Positions 1-10,252 of a stretch of DNA of 64,000 nucleotides are shown piece by piece. The notes below the pieces were generated by a model, which saw only the letters and a program-made list of their open reading frames with translations, was not told where the DNA came from and did not search any database. This DNA comes from Pelomyxa schiedti (taxonomy: Eukaryota > Protista > Evosea). Both the position numbers and the translations under genes were made by a program. Location: positions 69,531 through 133,530 of the forward strand of contig JAHLWZ010000406.1 of assembly GCA_020536535.1 (NCBI GenBank), in the 5' to 3' direction. Position 1 is the stretch's first letter. The number at the start of each line of letters is the position of its first letter.

Positions 1-876
1 ACGATCAGCGGTCTTTTCTTCTGGCTTTGACTCTACAGCATCCTCCATCTGGGAATATTAAGATAAAATCTGTGTTTAACAAGGAGTTCACCTTCCCTGT
101 GACTATTCCATCCAAAATCTGAATCTTAGTATGCTTTTTGTTGATCGTGAGTCCAAGACGTGAGCTAATCTCTTTCAGGAGCTCTCTTCCAGCCTCCAGC
201 GGTATTAGTGACAAAGAACGGAGAAACGTGACTTACACACACCATGTTCAGAATGCAGAGTGCTCCCTCAGCGACAACCTGCTCATACACACTTTCTCTC
301 ACTTTGCTCATATCGGCGCCTCTAAAATCATCAATCAGTAACACAAATAGGACAGCAGAGCTCTCACTTGCTCTCTATTCCCAGCTCCGCAGCCAAAACG
401 CACACATCCTCATCAGTGGCCTTGTGTGAAATCCATTCCTTGGTTCCTACTCTAGCAACTTCACGCAAAAGGCCTTTCTGACAAGCAAGCTTAGTCTTCT
501 CCTTCACCGGGGTCACAGTCTTCAACTCCCGCGCATTCATTCTAGATGTCACTCCCTCCATTCCCTTGTACACCATAGCAGTAGTCTGCGATTTAATTTG
601 AAGAGGTACAGTTAATCCAACCAATTCCGGAATACATTCCTAATAATCTAGCTCCTGGCTCATCTAGCCTCTATTCACAAGTACCAGCCCAAATCCATTC
701 TAACACCACCAATTAGGCAAAAATACCAGTATACTGGTTGGATCCTTAGGCTTTTCTGCCAATTCCTCGTCCGGCAGATTTGACCCACCCTGCAACCTTG
801 ACGCCTCCACAAGTTTCCTCTTATCATCCTCGGGAAGACCCACAATTCTCTCCAACAGGCCCGTCTTTTCTGTCAT
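1..876 (-). CDS. Hypothetical multi-exon protein, 3' end outside the window
   Basis: ATG at 876 (MTEKTGLLERIVGLPEDDKRKLVE...). GT-AG introns join helical exons (HKATDEDVCVLAAELGIES; GRELLKEISSRLGLTINKKHTKIQILDGI). No family recognised. Confidence 0.6.
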
Positions 877-1068
877 TAAATTACTGCCGAAGACGCTTCG
901 CCTGGTGCTGTATTTTTTTTTTTATGTTGGCTGTTGTCGTGCCACTATCTTTAATGCACGTTATCACAGGCATTTTTCTGCTCACGTCATCAAAATTTTA
1001 TTTTTTGGTGCCTTTTCGGAAATGAGGGGCCCCTAAGAGCAGAATAATGCCAAAACCAAGAGTTCCAC

Positions 1069-2737
1069 TCAGGGAAGAGAAATAGAAGTAAGGGATGGCC
1101 AGTAGTGTGTTTTGGGGTCAAGTTTGCCTCTTTTTGATAGTTGTATTGAGCGCAACGGCGCTTCCCCAAAGTGGAATGTTCCTAGTCTGTAGTACGATAT
1201 TAGGCTGGTTTTTGTTGGTAGTATGGGGAAATTACTGTGCCAGGATCGTCCTTGCGTCGAAGGAGATTCTTTCCGGCTCCTCGTGCTGTTGCTGTGGTTG
1301 TTGTGATTGGGGAGGTGGTCTCCCTGGCTGGAATGCCGGCTCCTTCGGTTCACTGGAAGCATCTTCAACAGTGTCTCTTGGAAACCGTCACTGAGGGGAA
1401 AAAAGAAAAAAATACCTGGTGTCAATATGTTACCTGTATCTTGTGTTGATCACTGTAGCATGCAACTGCATGGATGTAAGCCGATTGAGTGAGAGTGCAT
1501 AGGAATGCTTATGTGTAGAGGACCTTCAAAGATTTCTCTTGTTCTGGAACAAGCTCAACATCAACAAATTTCTGTATTATGAGTTCTTACTCACTTAGTT
1601 TGTCGAAGACTTTATTGGAACTTACCGCACGCTTGGGTGAGTCTATCATCCACTGGGTGAACTTTCACATACAAAACGTCTACCTCAGAAGGATCGTCAT
1701 TCATATATTCTAATTCCTCCAATCTCACCACCTGCACATTTCAGAATAACAAAGAAACATCTCGACTACTTGAGATCTTGTGCTAAAGACATCATAAATC
1801 CGTGAAGAGAGACTTTTCAGTGTCTCAACAGCTTTTTCCAGAGCTTTGTCAGTGTATAACCTCAGCATTACAACCGTGAGGTCTTGAAATGCCGTAAAAA
1901 AGTTGTATCCACAATTAAAACAAGTACTCACGGAAAGTAGAAGGTGGACAAAGAATGCTGGGGTCCATTCCCCTTACATTCATGAATCGTGTTTCTAATT
2001 CTCTGTTCGTGAATTAAAGGGGTTTTCAACTGAAAATATAAATACTTTTTGAAGGAAACCACACCAGCAGAAAAAGCTGGGTCTGTCAACGGGATGGAAA
2101 TGAAATGTGTGTATGGAAGCTTTGGGAATACCTAGAAGAACATTAAAAAACAAAATTCATTAATTGTCACTTACAGAAGCCATCAAAAGCTCAATCCTCG
2201 TGTTGGCAGCAACTATGGATGCCTCAGTCTGCCCCCTGAGAACTAAATACTTTAGACGCCAGTACGAACGACAAAATAACCCACTTATTGTAGTAGGGCT
2301 CGAAGCTACACGTGAAGGAGTAATCTGTTGATGAAACCGTTTTGTTGGCATACAAATAGTAGCTCCAGTTTCCGTTTGTATTTTGTCCTTGGTCAAACCA
2401 CGTTTGCCAACTATTCAAAACCTGTATCAGTCACAAAAAAAAAATCGTGATAAAACACAAAAACGAGCAAACCAATAAACTTGTGATACACTTCTGGCAC
2501 ATCAATTTCGGCAGTGAAGTTCCTTTCCTCGTCCACCTTTATTTGCAACCCACTGACTTCGCGCTCGTCAGTTGCACCTCCACCATCTCCAGATCTAGAT
2601 CTGCCTGCGGACGCAGAGAGATTCGCGGGTCCGCGCGTGGGCGTTGTTCCGGAGAGCACTGCCTTACGGTACACCCTCCCTTTCACATGTATCAGTGTAA
2701 TATGGGGATCTGTCGACGGTAATAATGCGTGTTGCAT
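1069..2737 (-). CDS. ASCC1: Activating signal cointegrator 1 complex subunit 1 (KH domain + 2H phosphoesterase/AKAP7-like)
   Basis: Spliced product has a KH motif (VYHKFIVGKRGLTKDKIQTETGATI), PYTHFISIPL, two HxT motifs (FHLTVVML, LHATVINTR), MNDDPSEVDVLYVKV and ERISFDARTIL..LGTFHFG, all in ASCC1 order. Confidence 0.9.
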
Positions 2738-2829
2738 TCCCACGACGAGTTTTTGACTCTAGAGGAAATAAAAAAATTTTCGTCAATCAAGATACTGGTT
2801 TGAGTGTGAAAAAAAAAGGGGAACAAACA

Positions 2830-4369
2830 ATGGCCACCAACACTGTCGGTGACTTACTCACGGCCGCAGATGCCGCTACTGCTGAGGTTCACCGCATTGC
2901 GGCAGAGCTTTGTGTTTGTTCAGACCTCTTGTAGTCGTTGCCGCTCCTCTTGTAGTCGCTGCCGCTCGGCCCGTTGCCGCTCGGCAATTGCATCCCCTAA
3001 TGGTGTCAACTGCTCGCGGCAGCGACTACAAGAGGAGTGCCAACGACTACAACGAGAACAAGCCAGAATGCATGAGGAGTCGCAAGTGAAGTGGTATAAC
3101 TGTTCTCATGGTATACTATCACGCCTCTTTCGTACACTGACATCTCCAAAATAAAATTACCCAGAGCACCCTTACTATCGCAACCAAGCAAAGGGGGATG
3201 TTACGATGTTATTTGGTGAATTGAAGCCCCTACCCGCACCAATCGATATTTACACTGTTTTTGCTATCATCAAATGTCTTCGAGATCACTCTATCTCGCC
3301 ACTCATCAAGGATTCCATCTTGTTACTAGATCTTCAGGGCACAATAGTCAATATTGAAACATACTCAGATATGACCTGCACCCCAGATGGTATTCCAGAG
3401 CTTACAGAGTTTCAGGGCGAACTTCTAAACTTTTGTTTGCCTCTGCCCGACGGGAGGGTCAAAGTTATCCGCTGGCTTTCCCCATTCAAAACCCAATTAC
3501 TGCTACTTCTATGGGCTAATGCAGGTGGAGATATTGCCCTGTTCTCCAAGGAACGTGATACTGTTGTAATGGCTTGCAAAACTGTACTGTCAGGCGCGCT
3601 TAAGCGTAACGTGAGTGTGTTAAGTCAGCATGGAGTCACTGGAAAAGTGGTACCAATAAGCCTGCTTGCTGCCTACAAGGAGATAGTGGTTCTAGATGAC
3701 CAGGTCAAGAATATTCGAGTGGAAGAGAAGACCGACCGCATTTACGTGACTGCTGAATCAGTTGAGGCCCATCCAACTGTAAGTGTGGAGACCTGCTCAG
3801 TAATTACTGCAACTACTACCCAAACTGCTTTCACTATAACAACACCACCGAAGTGCCGTGTGTTGAATGCTGCCCCTTCTTATGTCACACCTTTACGCGG
3901 CGTTGTACTGGAGCGTGTTGATGCTGCCAGGCCTGCACTTATGCCTATTTTAACCACCCTATACCCTGTTTTCGATGCTCTTCTTGGTGCCGATTTTCCT
4001 GCAGCATACTGCTCACACTGCGAAGGAATATCCTACATATGGAAAGAAGCTTGCTTGCACTGCTTGCTGCCAATAAAAGTTCACCATGCCGTTCCAGATA
4101 GTAGTGGCGGAAGCAAAACAGAAGCAAACAAGTTGCATACACGAAATACCAGTGAAGAAATAGCTGCACTCCATAGAGCCACAAAAGCGCACAAGAACGT
4201 CGAGGCCGATGTATTTACTCTACAATGTTGCGTTTGTATGAATGCCGAGGCCAACTGCTGCCTTACCCCATGTGGCCACATTTGTTGCTTAGCCTGCGCA
4301 GAAGTGGCACTCACATGCCCTGTGTGTTCGACCAAGATAGTTGGCAGACAACAATTTTACATACCCTGA
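2830..4369 (+). CDS. Coiled-coil protein with C-terminal C3HC4 RING finger (probable E3 ligase)
   Basis: Two GT-AG introns join MATNTVG... and the coiled-coil exon in frame to the 3206-4369 ORF, which ends CCVCMNAEANCCLTPCGHICCLACAEVALTCPVC. Confidence 0.75.
2927..2986 (+). repeat. Short tandem duplication in the first intron of the RING gene
   Basis: ctcttgtagtcg(t/c)tgccgctc occurs twice, followed by a partial third copy. Confidence 0.7.
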
Positions 4370-4709
4370 TCAACAACTTGACCTTGCCAATGTGAATGCT
4401 CTAAGAGATGTGTAGCGAGGTGACCTGAATTTTGGATAGAAAAGCTAGACCCTCTGTGACACCTACCAATTACCTCACCCGTTTGACACCACTTCCTGCC
4501 TCCGTTCCTTTATAAACCCTGTTTTCCCAGGATCCATGTAGCGCATTAACGTTAAAGAAAACTCGTGTCTACGAAGGCACGTATCTCCCGTTCTTCTTTT
4601 TCTCTATTCTCTTTACTCTATTAGCACCGCCTATGGCATTTCAAATTTTAAATGTTCTAGCACTGGTTTTTTAAGACATCTCGTTGCAAAGAAAAAACTG
4701 TTTTTATGG

Positions 4710-7700
4710 ATGGTAGATGGTATGGACAAGCGGGGAATGTGGCCAAGGTCGTTGTGGCCACTGTGTGGGTGGGACTATTCGCAACCCACATTCTCAAGTG
4801 AGTGACGTTGGTGATTCGGACTGGCTTATTGTTTTCATTTGATTTGGTTTGTGGTGTAGAGCTAAGTTATTTCAATGAAATAAACAGAGCATGGGTGAGA
4901 CGGAAGGAGGACCGTGAACAACACACCAAACTCATATTGGAGAAACGTGACTCGAAGAGGGTATCTTACACTACAACTGTTTTTTTTTCTTCTTAAAAAA
5001 AAAAACAACCCAATCTCGAAGGTAGTGACTGAAATCCGCCGGTTGATTCTCTCGCAACCAATTATTACATCGCCAACTGACCCTGATGCTACTGACTCTT
5101 TGTGCAATTTGTCGAATTCCGCGTCTATGGATGACTCCCCAGATAGCACCTGGGAATTGCAAGATGAACTTTCCAAGTCATCCATATCTCTGTCTCTTTT
5201 TCATCCCTAACATTAAGAACAGGGATGCAGAGTTGATTAACTTTTCCTCATACTATTCTGCACCTTCACAACTCCACACACATCCATGTGCATCATATCA
5301 ACAGGGTTCGTATCAGCAGGTTGCATATCAACAGCTCGCTCATCCACAACCTGCGTACCCACAGCCTCCATTTCCCCTATCCCCACTTCCCCCTGTCACA
5401 ACAACTTCTGTGGGAACGGTGACAGCTAGTGCTCTCCATACAACAATACCTACTTTCATGCAAGCTCCACTTACACACTCTACAACAACATCTTCTCCGC
5501 TCTCACCAAGACTAACCACTGCACCCCTGCCACACGCATTAACACCATCAGCACTTCCACCTCCAACTACAACTATAACTACCACTCCACTGACTGCTCC
5601 TACTTCGTCAGTTTCAACTATGCCCTCTGCCCCCGCAAAACCAGATTTATCTCTTTACAGCCGATTTGGCGTGTATTATAATAATCACTACTACGATACT
5701 GCTCCCAATGAAGGTTGATAACAACCCAAAAAGCCTCTAAATCTAAATTCAGATGCATCTGCGTCTTTACAGAGAGATCATGATGATACCTCTGATGAGG
5801 ATGACTTGTTTTTTCACGGTATCTGCTCACTACAAACACCTCGAAAAAGATTAAGAACAGTTTTTTAGAATCCGAATCTGAGAAATTAGCCCATATGGGA
5901 GATTGGAATTATCGGTTTCAAAAATGTATAGAACAAATGCGCAGCTTTCAAGCAAATAGTCCGCATCAAGTGAATATCCCTGTGAATAGAGAACTCATTA
6001 ACCTGGTAATATTTAGTTAAAAAAAAAATTCTTACTTTTCCCACATAGGCACAAGATTTCTTATACACCTCCACAACATTTGGGAAAATCATCATTGCTG
6101 AGGTACTTTCCTTTCTTAGCTTCTTCTCTGCCAAGTACGTTTAAGCGATATATCTCTGAAGAAAGGAAAACCATCAAGCCTGTTAAGCTAGGAGGAATTG
6201 CAGGAGGAGAGAAGTATATAGTTCATAATATCTTATTCAAATTTGCTATGGGTACTGTTTGCTTCCAGTTTTTTTGTAGTACTTTTTTTTTTTACCTTCA
6301 TAATGTGTAGACCACAAGGGACTGTATGGTTCTGACGAAGCGGCAGCTAAAGCAGGAGGCAACTTTTCCTCTGGAAAATTTTCAGCATCAATACTATTCT
6401 AGGTCACGAACTGAAAGGAGTGACCGCCTACTTCAACAGTGGAATAAGAGGACTATGCCTACCTCTTATGGCTCTTGTGGATTACCGAGGTGCATGTTCA
6501 GCATGACAGAATGACAATTTTCTCATAAACAAAAGGTTTTCGTCTTATTGCCATGTCAATGCTTCCTATTAGCAAGGATACAATTTCTTATGGGTACACT
6601 TAACTTTTTATTTTGATTTATTTTTATTGTTCTCAGATCGAATGACTATGGGAGAACAATACATGCTGATAATAAGCATCTGAACCTATTAGTACGAAAT
6701 GCTGCGAAACAGATGAACATAAAGGCATTTAATTGCATTATTATTCTTCTCAATCTAAAGGAATAAGGGTCATGCCTGTGGCACAAAAGAATATCCCCAG
6801 TTTTTGTGGTCTCCTGCAGATCTTGAGGGCCATATTGGGAGTGTAGCCTTCCAATCTTTCCCCTTGTAGTACCAATTTTATCTTTCAGGATGGCAGATTT
6901 TACCTTCTTGACTTTGCCCGAGTGATGCCACCTGAGGCACCAAAAGAAGGGTATGTGTAAAGTACAAGCTTTTTTTTTTGTTCTTATCAAGGTAGAATAA
7001 AAAATGCTCATTTATTCCGATTACTTCGACCTGAATTTGTCAAATCTTTTCATACTCCTCTATGCAGGTTTTTTAATGCCACCACTGGACCTCTAACTCA
7101 AAATCGCAGTGATGCTTTTTCGTCCTTTGTCCAGCATCATAAGCACCAAAAGCACAATACTGAAATTGTGGAAGCAACAGTATTTCTAAAGGAAGTAGTG
7201 ATCCCTCGCTTTGCAGAAGAGTTAAGCATGTCTGTCTCACAATTCTTGTCGTCAGGTTATCTATTTTCTGGATAGTATTACACGTAACAATTTCTGCAGG
7301 GCAAAGTTTGTACCAATTCAGACTCACTGAGGCAATGCACCGAAGAGGAATAAATATGAGATTCACGGACCTTGTTCGTATGCATGCAACTGGTACAGAT
7401 TGTAAGACCTTGTTGTTTGTTGAGATGGTTGCAAGAGTAATAAAGGCAAGAATAGGCTTCCAAATGAATTTTTCTCAATTTTGATATAGAACAACATTCG
7501 TGCCAAACTGAGACAAGTGATGGAGCGCCTCAAACTACCCTTAGAAGAGCCATATCGGCGAGTAATTGTCGACTACATGAACTTAGTACTTGGAAGTTCA
7601 GAAGAGAGCGCCGAATTCTGGCACCCACCACCAAAAACTGAAAGTTTACGTAAGTTTGAGCTCTGGCACATACCATTGAAGACTGAGTTACTACGCAAAT

Positions 7701-8949
7701 TTGAGTTTGCACTGACTCGGGAGGAGGAAGACCAGGACTTAAGGTTTATTATTCAATTGTTCATCGATCCTTACGCATAAAAAGAACGTTACTAAGTAAC
7801 TTCTCGTCTGTGTGGATGGATGGTATTTCTCACCCTGAAAACACAAGGCTAACTGCTCCTAGGGAAAGTTTTACTCTTCCAACGAATCCAAAAAATGACT
7901 GGTTTAAAATTTACCAAAAGTAAGTATTGAGATGGTCAAAACAAGATGTGAAACTTTACAGGGGTGAACGAGGAATTCGAGCAACATCCAAACCAGTGGT
8001 TACTGAGAGGTGACTCTCCAATGGATATTTCTGATTTGGAAGAGATAGGACAACATGTGAAGCATATGAATATTATCTCCTATGCCCAGGGGTATCTATT
8101 TAAACATCAGGGCAGCTTACTTTTTGCAACTGATCCACTTGCTGGTACAATTGCTTGCGCTCAATCATTCGGTAACAGTTCTTCCAGCTCAACGATTTTT
8201 TTCCATGTCTATGGCCAAATTTGAGGAATCGCTTGACACTGACCCAAGCAATGCAGCAACTTTGTGTAACTATGGTCAGTGCACCTTTTCTTCGATAAGG
8301 AAATGCTCAAAATTTTTTTAGGAGATGTCCTCAGCCTCAGTATTGAAGGAGAAGCTAAGCACTTGTCCTCTATAAGATACACTCTCAGCAACCCCAAGGT
8401 TCAGCAAGCCAGATCCTATTATAAGCGTGCCATAAAGTACTTCCACTCCCCCAAAGGAATCTCACTTAACGTCAAATAAGGTTGAAACCAAATGACTCTC
8501 ACTTCCTCTTCCGATATGCACAATTCTACGAGAAATGTGACAAACCTCTACGTGCTGAGCAGCTTTACCTGAAGTCCCTGAAAGCAAATCCCAACAACTT
8601 CGCGTGCTTACAAGAGGCATGCACCCACTTGTTTTTCTACTCACTAACCACTCACTTGCAGTACGGCAATTTTCTCACTGAGCAAGGTGAACCCGATGTA
8701 GCCGAGCTTTTCTTCAAACGGTGTTCCATGTGCTCCTCGGAAGCCACCCCTGCTGCACCCACAAGTTCAACTACAAACACACCAACCCCCTCGTCATTAA
8801 CAGAAGCCCCTGAGGATATCACAACCACAACTACTACAACATCCACGACCAATTCAGAGGATTATGTGCCTCTGGACAAGGAGAAAGAGAAAGAGGAAAA
8901 GGAAACCACAAAAGATGAAGAACCAGAAGGTGGACCACAACAATCATAA
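4710..8949 (+). CDS. Clu-domain protein with C-terminal TPR-like repeats (about 20 introns)
   Basis: Motifs GGIAGGEKYIVHNILFKFA, AAKAGGHELKG, PLMALVDYRGFRLIAMS, DLEGHIGSDGRFYLLDFARVMPPE, LLRPEFV and EAMHRRGINMR. TPR-like YG/YA helices lie near the end. Confidence 0.85.
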
Positions 8950-9065
8950 AAAGTTTCTTTTATTGTCCAACTGGTTTGTGTGCAAGTGGAAAGTTGTCTC
9001 TATTGTGGCCTGGTGTTTGGTTTTTCTTGTTTTGGGAGGCACTTTCTTTTGAGAGGAAGGGTTTT

Positions 9066-9134
9066 GAGGTGCTAAGACATCAACCACATTGCGTCACTAG
9101 TGTGTTATTTGCAATGCGGAATCACAGTAGCCCC
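9066..9134 (-). promoter_or_regulatory. Eukaryotic type-2 SECIS element in the 3' UTR of the FrnE/DsbA gene
   Basis: RNA: ggggcuacu-GUGAU-uccgcauugc-AAA-uaa-CAC-acua-GUG-ac-gcaauguggu-UGAU-gucuuagcacc. It has the UGA/GA quartet, 9 consecutive pairs in helix II, unpaired AAA 11 nt above the core GUGA, an apical mini-stem and a lower helix (gcua/uagc). Confidence 0.9.
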
Positions 9135-9191
9135 AAAATATTCCCCTCACAAATAGAGTGTCCAAAGCAGGAAAGAAAACCGGCACAATGG

Positions 9192-10157
9192 TTAGAACAC
9201 TGTTTCCAATGCTTCAACAAAATCCTGTGGAGAGCAGGCACCAGATAACTCGAGCTTCCCGCGGCCAGAAAGAATGAAATGTGGAACACCATGAATTCCT
9301 TTTGATACCTTGGTAAAAAAAAACAGAAATTTGGGAAGAATGAACCTCTTCGAGAAGCCTCATGGCTCAACTGCAATATGGTATCATAGTCATCATGGGA
9401 GAGCAGGTAGTTGCGGATTGCAGTAGCATCTTCGCCCAAAGCAACAGCAACACTCACCAAAGTTTCAATGTCTCCAACATTAGCCCCTTGCTGTTGTATT
9501 CAGTAAGATATCGGCATTATGAGCTGGTTACCTCATAATTCTTCTGGAACAAATGTGAGTAGGCTTGCGTTCTCTTTTCCTTTGGCAAGTGATACACTAG
9601 GCGATGTGCATTAATCTGAGGTGCGTAACCACACATCGAAGCGTAATGGAAATGAATTAAAGAGGCCATACAGTGTTTGGAACATAGAGCCAACTAGCGA
9701 ATGGCAGTCCGTCCTGAGCTCTGCCAATATTATAAACGGGGTGCTGCTCATGTTTTGTCCACCCTTTATAAGCACTGAAAATAAAGTCATGCGTGCAGAG
9801 TCGAAAAAAACAGACCAAACGACAATAGTAGGTAATTCCGGTGCACATAATGCACATATACATAAAGTGGGAAAAACACACTTGTAGAAAGTAGCCCAGT
9901 CTTGCCCCAGAGGCGGTAAATCCGGCCTCAGAACAAACGGAGCCCATTCGACCTGCACTTGTGCTGTGGGATGCGCTTCCTTGAACAAACCTATTCCTTT
10001 GTTCATGCGCGCCTGCGTGTTTGCCAGCTGAGTTGAACAAACAAAACAGAGGTGGAATAGGAAACGGGATAAAAAAAATATGTACCTCTCCCACGTAACA
10101 CCAAGGTCAAATTACATCCGAGTACACCAGTATCTTCACCGTACCAACCGACGACAT
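9192..10157 (-). CDS. FrnE/DsbA-like thioredoxin-fold oxidoreductase, predicted selenoprotein (Sec17, UPWC)
   Basis: Exon 1 reads MSSVGTVKILVYSDVI-TGA(10109-10107)-PWCYVGE. Later exons give VEWAPFVLRPDLP, PNTINAHRL, GANVGDIETL, GIHGVPHF and LSGAC. All five introns are GT-AG and the frame is otherwise intact. Confidence 0.92.
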
Positions 10158-10252
10158 GCTCCCCTTCTTTACGTTTCAATTCGCGGTATTTTTTTTTTTC
10201 GCCAACACCGAAAACAGGTCTTCGCGGAGCTTGCGCGTGCCGATTGATTCTA

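Noticed and set aside
1095-1394. Cys-rich plus-strand ORF (CCCCGCC)
   Set aside because: It is the antisense shadow of the Gln/Pro-rich ASCC1 exon.
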